In this document: one piece after another, positions 36,331 to 48,289 of the stretch
Numbering within the stretch: position 1 is the stretch's first letter
Layout: the number at the start of each line of letters is the position of its first letter
Source of the DNA: Okamejei kenojei
Lineage: Eukaryota
Reading direction: 5' to 3'
Assembly (NCBI GenBank): GCA_035221665.1
Contig: CM069136.1
Location: forward strand, 22,010,001 to 22,074,000
Length of the DNA: 64,000 bases
Made by a program: the position numbers and the translations under genes
Notes under the pieces: generated by a model
The model's input: the letters and a program-made list of their open reading frames with translations, nothing else
Databases searched by the model: none
What the model was told of the DNA's origin: nothing

Positions 36331-37169
36331 ATATAACACAATGCCGGAATGCCGGCTGCGAGCAGTTTCAGCGCCCGTTGCAGTTTTAACTCCTGCGCTC
36401 GGATGCCAAGTCCCATATGGCCCCAAATTGCATGGTTGACGGCCGGTACTTTGAGCAGAATACAATTTTCTGGGTGGTCATATTTTTTGGCCGTTGTATC
36501 CATGGCCAGTTCTTGAAGCTGGTGCGAAGCCAAATAATTTATACTGGCAGCCAGTTCTTCCCCCAGCGGCTCTCCAGAATCTACTGGGTCGGCAAACCTG
36601 GCCGCCATGAATGGAACCTCTTGCATTTCGTCTTCCAACGCTAAGCCCTCAGAGTCGGTGTCAGAATCATACTGACCCGGTATACTCTCCTCCTCCAAGA
36701 GGGAGATACTACGCAGCCCAGTAGGTGCTGCTGGCGCGGGCTCTTGGAGAGGCCGACGCTCTTGATGGAGCATCCTCTCCAATAGGAGCTCCATCCTGGA
36801 TACCCGTTCTACGGTATCCTTTCTTGAGGGAGAACCCACCCGACCGGACTCGTCCGAGTCTATCGGCCGGGCAGACTTTCGAGTGGCCTCACGCCCCTCC
36901 GGCGTAGCCACGGTGCTCTCGGACACCAAGTCTGTAGTCGCTGGTCTCACTACCAGCGACTCTGTAGATGAGCTAGGCGGCTGCCCGCTACCCGTATTCC
37001 CATGGGAATTAGACCCTTTTGCTACAGCTTGCTTTGCTGGTAACGACTTCTTCATGCTTGAACTTGCCCTTCTGCAACAAGAATTAACAAGCGCAGAAAA
37101 TCGACCTCCAATAAGTTTGAAACTTACCTGAGGCTTTTTAAACTTACCGCTGGAGGAGCGCTGCACCAT
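36331..37169 (-). pseudogene. DIRS gag-like ORF1, C-terminally truncated
   Basis: 290-aa ORF with PENCILLKVPAVNHAIW, located upstream of RT. Confidence 0.7.
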
Positions 37170-37184
37170 GCGTCAGACGTAATG

Positions 37185-37950
37185 AAGAGAAGGAATGGGT
37201 GACATTTCAGGTCAAGACCCTTCTTCAGACTGGTTAGGAACAAGGGAAACGAAAGATATAGACAGTGATGTGGAGAGATAAAGAACAATGAATGAAAGAT
37301 ATGCAAAATGTTAAGGTGATAAGGGAAACAGGCCATTGTTAGCTGTTTGTTGGGTGAAAATGAGAAACTGGTGCAACTTGGGTGGGGGATGGATAGAGAT
37401 AGAGGAAATGCGGGGCAACCTGAAGTGACAGAAATCAATATTCATACCACTGGGCTGTAAGCTCCCCAAGCGAAATATGAGAAGCTGTTTCTCCAATTTG
37501 CATTTAGCCTCACTCTGACAATGGAGGAGACCTAGGACAGAAAGGTCTGTGTAGGAATGGGAAGGAGAATTAGTGTCCAGCAACCGGGAGATCAGGTTGG
37601 TTCAGGCAGGCATTCGCGAAACAATAGCCCAGTCTGCGTTTGGTCTCGCCGATGTATAAGAGTCCATATCTTGAACAACGATACAGTAGATGAGGTTGTA
37701 GGAGGTGCAAGTGAACCTCTGATTAACCTGAAAGGACTGTCGGGGTCCCTGGACAGAAGTGCGTCTTTATCTCTCCACATTACCATCTATATCTTTCATT
37801 TCCCTAATCCCTAACCAGTCTGAAGAACAATCTTGGCCTGAAACGTCACCCATTCCATCTCTCCAGAGATGCTGCCTGTCTCGTTGAGTTACTCCAGCTT
37901 TTTGTGTATATCTTCGGTTTAAACCAGCATCTGCAGTTCCTTCTTACACA
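37185..37950 (-). mobile_element. Penelope-like element 3' part with inverted pLTR
   Basis: GIY-YIG remnant (SVLGLLHCQSEAKCKLEKQLLIFRLGSLQP) on minus strand 37185-37758; 37765-37950 is a plus-strand inverted copy of the pLTR. Confidence 0.88.
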
Positions 37951-39318
37951 CTTCTGTATCACCTCCCGATAGTGAAATTATTTATTAAAGACATTCAATC
38001 AATAACTTTCTACAGTTCAAAAAAGCTAACCTTTTACTTGAGTAATAAAAACAATTGTGATTTCAGTGGCAAGATTATAATTTGTCATCGATAACTAATT
38101 GTCTATATTGTCATGGATGGCTAATAGTTGTTACAGGCATCATATGGGATAAGAGAAGAGGGTCCTGACTAGAACAACAAATTGGACCACAGTCCACACC
38201 TGTACAATCATGGAATAAGAGAAACATAGAAAGCTAAACACACTGAAGGAGCCATTTGGCTTAGTGCTAGTCAAAAATGAGGCCCCCAACCTCCCAGAGC
38301 TATGTTCTCATCCCTGTAGCAGGTGACTGTTAAAGAACACATCAAAGCACTGATTAAATGCGATGAGGTTACTCTGCCAGTCACCTTTGCTGGAGCCCGT
38401 TTTGCTCCCACAGGCACCTCGGCTGATTGAAGAAGTTAATTTTGAGCCACCTGTCTTGCCAGCAGGAACAAGAGAAATCCTGGGAGGAAGTTGAGATCAT
38501 GGCCAATGGACATTTGGTCGGAGCATTGTGAAGGTAAGAGCTATATTTCAGCTTCTTCTGATTCATACCAAAATAAAGTCTATTTATGTTCACAGTGGCT
38601 GAAAAAATAAGTGGAATTAAGCTGTTATTCTTCCTGGGCACAAACTTTTCATTCATTTCTTGGGGTCTCAGCATTGCTGGAAGGCCAACATTTATTACAC
38701 ATCCTTAATTACTCTTGACAACTCGGTTTGGGCCATTTTTTTAAACCATTGTATTCTATTTGGTGAAGCTGGGCTGAACTGCTGTTGGGTAGGGAGCTCT
38801 GGGATTTTGAACAAGTGGATAAAGTCTGATTTAGTCATGATTGCGTTTCTATGCCTTTCGGTTCATAGAGTCCCAGAATCATAGAGAAATACAGCACAGA
38901 AACCTACTCAGTCCGTAATGTCAAAGTACCCATTTACTCTATTTCTACACAAATCCCAATAAATTTCCCTTAAATCCAATCAACACTATTAGATTCTACC
39001 ATTCACGTACCCGCAAGTGTAAACAATATGATATGATATTTATTTATCCCAGGAGGGAAATTGATCTGCCAATAGTCATAAAACACAAGATACATGAAGT
39101 GACGTTAATCTGACAACTTGCGCATTTACTGACATGTCGGACAAAACCAGACCATCTTTGGGAAACCGTTTGGAAATGCCTCACAGTCAGTATCAGAGCC
39201 CATAGACGAAACCTGAAACATTAACTGTTTTTTTTTCATGCAAATGCTATCTGATTTGCTGAACATTTCCAACATTTCTGGTTTCATATTGGAAATCAGG
39301 TCATTGTAGCTGTGAGGT

Positions 39319-39388
39319 GGCCCCATAGCAGAAGCGTCCACTTCGCTGGACTGGAAACTGGAATTATGAAACTGAACTAACTCTGCTA
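39319..39388 (+). ncRNA. HDV-like (CPEB3-like) self-cleaving ribozyme fold, copy B
   Basis: GGCCCC-A-TAGCAGAA-GCG-TCCACTT-CGC-TGGACT-GG-...-CTAA-CTCTGCTA; P1 3' strand has two mismatches in this copy. Confidence 0.7.
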
Positions 39389-39517
39389 CCACCATCATCT
39401 ACTGCAACAAGTGATGGCTTCCACTGATTGTCGCCGGAAGCTTGCGTCCTTTTCAGGACGGACGATGACAGCGAGGTCAACATTTGTAACAAGATGGACA
39501 CAAAAAGAAGAAGAAGA
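39319..39517 (+). mobile_element. ~200-bp ribozyme-headed non-autonomous retroposon, copy B
   Basis: TSD AGCTGTGAGGT (39308-39318) / AGCTCTGAGGT (39518-39528); (GAA)n tail; inserted in an old V-SINE head. Confidence 0.88.
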
Positions 39518-39559
39518 AGCTCTGAGGTAGCAGATCTATGAGCTGAGCCATTGTGCTGC

Positions 39560-40660
39560 CCTTAAGTGGTATCATGTATAGGTATAGGATGTGCTGAGAG
39601 AATAAACTAGGTGAGTAACTTCAGTGCATCCTGTCGATGGTAGACTTTGCAGCCATTGAACACTGATGGTAGAGTGGCTACTGCATCCAGGGTATCTTCA
39701 TAGGAGTAAACTAGGCAAGTGGAGAGGATTCCACTGCACTCCTAATTTGTGCCTTGCAGATAATAGAATTGTTTTGGGATGTCAGAAGGTGCGGTATAGG
39801 TCACTGACCTCTCACCTACTCTTTTACCCATGATATTTACATGAATGCTCCAGCTGAGTTTCTGGACAATGGTAAGACCCAAACTGTTAATAATAGTAAA
39901 TTTCAGTGATTTCAATGCTGAGTTACTCCAGCTTTTTGTGTCTATCCCTTATTTCAATGCGATTGAATGTCAACAGTAAGATGTTAGGACATTCAGTTTA
40001 GTTTAGTTTATTGGCATGTCCTAGTTGGTCATTGCCTGACACTTTTCCGTTGCAAATGATGCCTGTCCGTGAATAGCCGCTGCCTTGTTGTTGCCTGGGC
40101 CTTGTGGCACGCATTCATGGACTACTTCACTAAGTGATTGAGCCAGCTGAAGATGGTTAAGCAAGGACCGTGTCCTGAGGACCTCCTGCATTGAAGACCC
40201 GGGGCTAGGATACTTGACCTTCAATAACAACAGCCCCCTATCTTTATGCAAGGAGTCACTCAGATCATTGGAGTGTTTCCCCTTTGACTTTAGCATTGGC
40301 AAGCTCCTTGATGCCACATTTGAATGGGAAGCTTAATGTGACGGCCAGACACTCTCATCACATCTCTGGAATTCAACCTTCTAATGATCTCAACATGATA
40401 TGCTGCGATACAAAAGGCAAATATGGCAGAAGATTGCAGCCGTGTCTTGTTATCACATGAATTGAATTGACTGAAAACTGCCTTGCATGATTGTGGGGAT
40501 CTCAGGAGACAGAAAGAAGAGAGAGGCCCTCTCTTCAACACTTCTGGCTGAACATATCTGTGAATACTTCAGCATAGCCTCAGGCAGAAACATATGTGCC
40601 ATGAAGATGCTTAATAGCCTGTATCTGCGCCTATGGTTTTCCTTGCATTCCCACAAATAG
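39560..40660 (-). mobile_element. Old non-LTR retrotransposon RT remnant (likely the same family as 19370-19700; 3' end probably 38655-38820)
   Basis: Minus strand MWHQGA and EKCQAMT motifs; heavily decayed. Confidence 0.55.
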
Positions 40661-40744
40661 TTTGGAGATGTACATTCTTATCACAGCAGTATCCTCCTGT
40701 TACATTGAATATTATTCAAGTGTTCAGCAGGCGCACATTTGACG

Positions 40745-41331
40745 TGGCACAATGATGCGGCGGGTCGAGCTGCTGCCTCACGACACCAGAGATCCAGTCC
40801 AATCCCAACCTCAGGTGCTGTCTGTGTGGAGTTTGCACATTCCCCCTGTGGACATGCGGGTTTCCTCCAGATGCTCCAGTTTCCTTCCACATCACAAAGG
40901 CATACGAGTTTGTAGGTTAATTGGTGCTCTGTAAATTACCCCGAGTGCGTAGGGGGTGGATGCAAAAGTGGGATAACATGGAACGAGTGTAATCAGGTGA
41001 TCAGCGGTCAGTGTGAAGGATGAAATTCAATAACTGAACAAATCAATGACAACTTTAGTTTCGTTTAGGAATACAGGGCGGAAACAGGCCCTTCCCACGC
41101 CGACAAGTGATCCCGCACATTGACACTATCCTACACACACGTGGGACAATTTACACTGAAGTCAAGCCGATTAACCTGCAAACCTGTACTTCTTTGGAGT
41201 ATGGGAGGAAACTGAAGATCTCAGAGAAGTTCATGGGGAGAATGGACAGACACCACCTGTGGTCAGGATTGAACCCGGGTCTCTGGCGCTGCAAGGCAGT
41301 AGTAACTCTACGCTGCGCCACCCTGCCGCCT
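40745..41331. mobile_element. Two V-SINEs tail-to-tail (40745-41040 plus, 41053-41331 minus)
   Basis: Both show the tRNA-like head, V-domain-like body and tail found in 59447-59751. Confidence 0.82.
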
Positions 41332-42172
41332 TAAATAACTAAATAGAATGAATTAAATAACTAAATAAAATTAATAAAGTAAATCTGAAAAATTCAAAAT
41401 ATTATTGATATAACACACTTTAAATCAAATCTATAGATATTAGAAATGCTCAGCAGGTCAGGCAGCCTCTATGAAGAGGAAAGCAGGATCTGCTGATGGT
41501 CTATCATCACAACTATTGAATAATAATCAGCACAGACTCAAACGTACTCGGGGCCCACTTGCCTTGTGTATTACTCGTTGACATTAACTGAGAACCATTT
41601 GGCAATAAAGCAAGTTTTAAGTGGAAACATAATAAGTGGAAGGAAAGTAGAGAACAAAAGAGACGGTTGTGAAAACAGGAGAAGTTAAATGAGAAGAGAT
41701 TCAATGTGGCAGTGTGGGATGTTTGGGACAAGTCAAAGGAAGTGTGAGATGAAGAATTAAAGTAACATGCAGCTTGTTCCTCCATTTTTTTACTTTATCT
41801 CTCTCTCATGACCAACATCTATTGCAGGCCCGCTGAATCCCACAGCTACACTGCCTCCAATGTTGTTCCTTGAAGACATTTTACATTTTCCACTCAGTTT
41901 CGCCATCACACATTTTTCAATGATACTATCTTCCATATTAGTGCATCTGATATATATTGTTTTTTTCTGAAACAATAGATTTTCCTTCACCACAGTTGAT
42001 AGAACATCCTGTCCTATTCCATTTACTACATTTCTGTTCTTACCACTTGTCTCCATCATATTAGGCATAACCTTATTGTCCTTTTTCCAGCACTAGCCCT
42101 ATTTCCTTCGATTCCCTCCCTGCACAGAAATCTCTTAGTCTGTTATGAATGGACACACAATTGGGCTAACAA

Positions 42173-43155
42173 TTGGGTTTGACGGCACTGGGCCTGTACT
42201 CGCTGGAGTTTAGGATGAGGGGGAACCTCATTGAAACTTACCGAATAGTGAAAGGCCTGGATAAAGTCGATGTGGAGAGGATGTTTCCACTAGTGGGAAA
42301 GTCTAGGGTCAGGGGTCGTAGCCTCAGAATTAAAGCACTTTCCTCTAGGAAGGAGATGAGGAGGAATTTCTTAAGAGTGCTGAATCTGTAAATACATTGC
42401 CGCAGAAGGCTGTGAAGGTCAGGTCAATTGATATTTTTAAGGCAGAGATAGATAGATTTTTAATTAGTACAGGTGTTGGGTTATGGGGAGAAGGCAGGAG
42501 AATGGGATTAGGAGGAAAAGATGGATCAGCCATGAGAGTCGGTTTGTCAAGAGAACTCTCTCTAACTTCTACAGGTGCACAGTAGAGAGCTTGCTGACCG
42601 GTTGCATCGTGGCTTGGTTTGGCAACTTGAACGCCCTGGAGAGGAAAAGACTACAAAAAGTAGTAAGCGCTGCCCAGTCCATCATCGGCTCTGACTTTCC
42701 TTCCATCGAGGGGATTTACCGCAGTCGTTGCCTCAAAAAAGCTGCCAGTATCATCAAAGACCCACACCATCCTGGCCACACACTCATCTCCCTGCTACCT
42801 TCAGGTGGAAGGTACAGGAGCCTGAAGACTGCAATAACCAGGTTCAGGAATAGCTACTTCCCCACAGCCATCAGGCTATTAAACCTGGCTCGGACAAAAC
42901 TCTGATAACTAACAACCCATTATCTGTTATTGCACTTTATTAGTTTGATTATTCATGTGTGTATATATTTGTATATGGTATATGGACACACTGATCTGTT
43001 TTGTAGTAAATGCCTTCTATGTTCTGTTGTGCTGATGCAAAGCAAGAATTTCATTGTCCTATCAGGGACACATGACAAAAAACTCACTTGAACTTGAATG
43101 GTGGAGTAGATTTGATGGACCGAATGGCATCATTCTGCTCCTATCACTTATGAAC
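42173..43155 (+). mobile_element. CR1 3' end split by a Rex1 insertion
   Basis: GATCAGCCATGA at 42524-42535 resumes as TTGAATGGTGGAGTAGA near 43094. Confidence 0.85.
42536..43095 (+). mobile_element. Rex1/Babar LINE 3' end
   Basis: NFYRCTVESLLTGCIVAWFG, HHPGHTLISLLPSGGRYRS, RFRNSYFPTAIRLLN; (CTTGAA)n tail. Confidence 0.92.
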
Positions 43156-43159
43156 AACT

Positions 43160-43740
43160 AAGATTCCACAACCAACTGGGGTAGAGAATTTCAAACGTTT
43201 GTCATCTTCCTAGGGATAACGTTCCATCTCATCTTAGCCCAATTCCGAATCTGTCCCAGCAATCCCGAGGAAACATCTTCCCTGCAGTTAGCTTGTTAAA
43301 CCCTTTCATGATTTTGCAAGTTTCAATGTGGTCTCCTCGCACAATTTTAAATTCAATCTCCTCATAAATCAAACCCACCAATCTCATGAACCTCTGGTGC
43401 TTTCTTTCTATGCCAAGATTATCCTTTCTATAGTAAGAATGTAGCCTCAGCAAGTCCCTGCATAATTATAATACCATTTTTTTTTTCCCTGCATTGAACT
43501 CTTCTAATAATAGAGGCTAACATACCATTTGCTCTCCTAATTGCTTGCTTCACCTTTGTGTTATATTTCTGTGATTAATACAAGATTCACATAGGTCCCT
43601 TTACAAATCACCAATTAACAAATATTCTTCTTTCCTGTTATGCACTCCAAAGTAGATAAGTTCATATTATATTCCACCTGCCATCTTTTTGCCCACTTAA
43701 TAAGCTTATTATATCTTGATGCCTTATTTATATCCTTCGT
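43160..43740 (-). mobile_element. Degenerate CR1 fragment
   Basis: RGDHIETCKIMKGFNKLTAGKMFP in ORF 43229-43453. Confidence 0.7.
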
Positions 43741-44554
43741 CTGACATTCAATAGATCAGGCTCCATATTTTCTGACACCTCTAATCTGATGTTGTTCCCA
43801 AATGTATCTTCCCCTTTCCTTCCCTTTAGAGCCTTGCAAAGTCACTCTCCCATCCCCACCAATCCCATTATTCCATTCCCTTACTCGTGGCATTTTACTA
43901 TGTTACCATAAGAGATGTGACTTTTACATTCTCCACCACACTGGCCAGGGTTCCAATCTCTATTTGAAACGGTTATTTACTTCTGTTTATTTCACCTCAG
44001 CATGCTCCATTATAAAAACAGAAGCACTGAAAAAGGTTATAATGCCCTTTGTTCAGCACTGACAATGTGGCCGCTTCCACACTGAGGAGACCAAAGGCAT
44101 ATTGGGTGTCTCCCCTGTTCAATCACAGACATGATCATGATTCCTGTAACTTGTCACATTAATTTTCCATCTCCCTCCTGCTCTGACCTCTCTGCTTCTG
44201 GTTTCCTGGACTGTTACAACAATATAATCTTGGGGAGTAATATTTCTTCTTCCAGTAAGACCTTTCCTGACAACTTTGAATTCAATTACATATAATCATC
44301 TTTATATATCCCTCTTGTATTTTAATCTTTCCTGTCTTATACTTTATCACAGTTTTCCCCTTTTTTTTCTCCCCACTCCTTTTCAATTCATCTGAATCAT
44401 GCTATCTAACCTGTATTTTCAGCACAATCCTATTTTCATTATACCTAAACATAATACTGTGCCAAAGAGAATGCCTAAGGCAGACCTTAGCTTCAACAGA
44501 CTTACCTGGTTCAAGACAGATTGCAGCCAATCATGCTAAACCCACCATATAAAC

Positions 44555-45070
44555 GATGATGATGAGAGATATATAACAATGAATGAAAGATATGCAAAAA
44601 AGTAACAATGAAAAAGGGAACTGATTAGCTGTTAGAAGTGAAACCGAAAAGCTGGTGCAACTTGGGTGGGGGAGGGATGGAGCTAGAGGGAATGCAGGGG
44701 TTACTTGAAGTTAGAGAAATTAATATTCATACCACAGGGCTGTAAGCTGCCCAAGCGAAATATGAAATGCTGTTCCTCCAATTTGCATTTGGCCTCACTC
44801 TGACAATGGAGGAGACCTAGGACAGAAAGTCAGTGTGGGAATGGGAAGGGGAATTAGTGTTTAGCAACCAGGAGATCAGGTAGGTCCAGGCGGAAGGGGA
44901 TAAGGTGTTCAACGAAACGATCGCCCAGTCTATGTTTGGTCTCGCCAATGTATAAGAGTCCACATCTTGAACAACGGATACAGTAGATGAGGTTGGAGGG
45001 GGTGCAAGTGAACCTCTGCCTAACCTGAAAGAACTGTCAGGGTCCATGGACAGAGTCGAGGGAGGGGGGA
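44555..45070 (-). mobile_element. Penelope-like element GIY-YIG fragment
   Basis: Closely similar to 37270-37758; minus strand TACATTGGCGAGACCAAA = YIGETK. Confidence 0.88.
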
Positions 45071-45274
45071 AATGCTGATGTTATTTAGCATTCAGCTAGT
45101 GATTCCCACCAGCTCGATGGTGGCATGCAGTGATGCTGCTCTGTAGAAACGCTGTGGTACAAAGAGCATTCCTCTTTTCTCAGGGTTCACTTCTATTTCC
45201 ACAGCTAACTGATGTCCTTGAATCATTTGTGTCTTCTTTACAAATTCATGCTGAGCCAACCAGTCCATTACCCC

Positions 45275-47305
45275 AACAATCACAGTAAAGGAGTTAGTGG
45301 TGGACTTCAGGAGGAGAGGAACATCCCTGTCCCCAGTCTCCATCAATGGTGTGGATGTGCAGTTTACCAGGGAGTACAAATGCCTTGGAGTTTACCTGCA
45401 GAGTAAACTGGACTGGACTGGTCCAGGAACGCTGAGGCCCTGTACAAGAAAGGACAGAGCCGGCTGTACTTTTTGAGAAGGCTCCGCTCCTTCAACGTCT
45501 GCAGTGAGATGCTGCAGATGTTCTACCAATCGGTGGTAGCCAGTGCCATCTTCTTCACTGCCGTGTGCTGGAGTAGCAGGGTGAAGGCTGCGTATGCCAA
45601 TAGATCTCAATAAACTCATCAAGAAGGCTGGCTCCGTCCTGGGGCTGGAGTTGGATTCACGGGAGGTGGTCTTGGAGGGGAGGATGCTCGCCAAACTGCG
45701 GAGCATCTTGGACGATACAGCTCACCCTCTCCATGACATACTGGTCAACCTGAGGAGTACCTTCAGCAACATAGAAACATAGAAACATAGAAAATAGGTG
45801 CAGGAGTAAGCCATTCGGCCCTTCGAGCCTGCACCGCCATTCCATATGATCATGGCTGATCATCCAACTCAGTATTCTGTACCTGCCTTCTCTCCATACC
45901 CTCTGATCCCCTTAGCCACAGGGGCCACATCTAACTCCCTCTTAAATACAGCCAATTAACTGGTCTCAACTACCTTCTGTGGCAAAGAATTCCACAGATT
46001 CACCACTCTCTGTGTGAAAAATGTTTTTCTCATCTCGGTCCTAAAAGACTTCACCCTTATCCTTAGACCGTGACCCCTCGTTCTGGACTTCCCCAACATC
46101 GGGAATAATCTTCCTGCATCCAGCCTGTCCAACCCCTTAAGAATTTTGTAAGTTTCTATAAGATCCCCCCTCAATCTTCTAAATTCTAGCAAGTACAAGC
46201 CAGGTCTATCCACTCTTTCTTCATATGAAAGTCGTGACATCCCAGGAATCAGTCTAGTGAACCTTCTCAATGACTGGTGTACCATGACACCCAGGTCTCG
46301 TTGCATCTCACTTCCTAATCGACCACCATTCAGATAATAGTCTACTTTCCTGTTTTTGCCACCAAAGTGGATAACCTCACATTTATCCACATTATACTGC
46401 ATCTGCCATGCATTTGCCCACTCACCCAACCTATCCAAGTCACCAAGCCTCTTAGCATCCTCCTCACAGCTAACACTGCCCCCCCAGCTTCGTGTCATCT
46501 GAAACTTGGAGATGTTGCATTCAATTCCCTCGTCCAAATCATTAATATATATTATAAATAGCTGGGGTCCCAACACCGAGCCTTGCGGTACCCCACTAGT
46601 CACTGCCTGCCATCCTGAAAAGGACCCGTTTACTCCTACTCTTTGCTTCCTGTCTGTCAACCAGTTCTCTATCCACATCAATGCTGAACCCCCAATACCG
46701 TGTGCTTTAAGTTTGCATACTAATCTCTTATGTGGGACCTTGTCGAAAGCCTTCTGAAAGTCCAGATATAACACATCCACTGGTTCTCCCTTATCCACTC
46801 TACTAGTTACATCCTCGAAAAAATTTATAAGATTCGTCAGACATGATTTACCTTTCATAAATCCATGCTGACTTTGTCCAATGATTTCACCACTTTCCAA
46901 ATATGTTGCTATCCCATCTTTAGTAACTGACACTAGCAGTTTCCGCACTACCGATGTTAGACTCACTGGTCTGTCATTCCCCGTTTTCTCTCTCCCTCCC
47001 TTTTTAAAAAGTGGGGTTACATTAGCTACCCTCCAATCCTCAGGAACTACTCCAGAGTCTAAAGAGTTTTGAAAAACAGAATGGTTCCACCAAGATGCAG
47101 CACAGAACGCCACAGGAGATCCTTTTTCCCAGTGGCTATCAAACTCCTCCCACTTATGTCATGGGCTAGACTGAGTCACCCCCCCCCCCACCCAATCCTT
47201 TCCACTCGTCACTTTAATTTCATGTTTCACGTTTTTTGTGTTTTTATGATTGTTGGCAGATCAATTTCCCTCCTGGGATAAATAAAGTTCTATCGTATCG
47301 TTTTG
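45275..47305 (+). mobile_element. Rex1/Babar LINE 3' portion split by a CR1 insertion
   Basis: HPLHDILVNLRSTFSN (ends ~45769) resumes as RMVPPRCSTERHRRSFFPVAIKL (from ~47077). Confidence 0.88.
45769..47073 (-). mobile_element. CR1 LINE RT region with internal deletion
   Basis: ORF 45956-47113 (YLDFQKAFDKVPH, SGVPQGSVLGPQLF); CATAGAAA tail; very similar to 13300-14100. Confidence 0.95.
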
Positions 47306-48289
47306 TGTCAAAAAAATTATTAATAGCTTGATAGAACTTTTGAACCATTCGAGAGGTTTCCGGAATTATTGCGCCCAACTATATTATTCACCTTTAACCA
47401 GTCCAGGCCTTGACATTCTACCAATACACTCACTTTTGGTTTCTGATGTTACCAGGAACACTCCCCCCTCTTTGAAAATAAGCACGAGGAATTAAACGTA
47501 GACTCTCAGAAAATTAGGTGCATATAACATAGGTTTCATTAGTGTTGATTTAAAATCTGTCATTAACTATTCGTGAAAATTACTCTCAGATCAGAAAATT
47601 TGCATCCTGGTTCCGTTTAACTCCCCTTTGATGTGTGGATAGATCTGACAGTAAATTGATTCAAAGAATATATAATGTATACTTTATTAAAGTCTATCCA
47701 ATGCTTCCGTCAGGCAGGAATAAAACCTGATCTTTAGATGTGGTAAGATATTTAATTTATTCATTATAATAAAGACTGCAGTTTGTCAAAGAGACAAAAA
47801 GAAACTAGCAAAAACAGGGTCATCGATTCCAATCAAAGCCTCGGTACTTTGGGGGAAAATGCAAGAAACACTTTTCCACTGAGTAATAAATATTTGCAGC
47901 TGCTTTCTCCTCTTACACAATTAATTTTGAAAACAAATTGATAGTGACAGATTCAATCACATGGTTTATAAACAGAATATTGCTTTTGCATTCCAGCACA
48001 GTTAGGAGACCCTACCTTGAGAGTTGCAACTGTTGGGTTGGACTGTTCCAGTACCGTTGAAAAGGTGGCCCATTGCCAAATATCTGTCGAGCTTTAAAAG
48101 TTGAATCTTCCTAATTTGCTTAAAGAGTGTAATCATTAAAGCTACACAGTTTATTTGGCAAAGATGGAGAAGGTCAGATGTATGCATGTTCTTTTTGCTT
48201 ATTTATCATCAATAGTTACAGAAACTCTAAAAAAAAAATCAGTGAAGGGAAGCCTCACAGAGATTTCACATAATTCTGGTTAAGTTGAA

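Larger units (their letters stand above)
33364..37180 (-). mobile_element. DIRS1-like tyrosine-recombinase retrotransposon, decayed, 5' terminus missing
   Basis: Order gag-like, RT, RNase H, MT-like, YR on the minus strand; terminal sequence 33364-33426 is the inverted complement of an internal region 33628-33683 (ICR). Confidence 0.93.
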
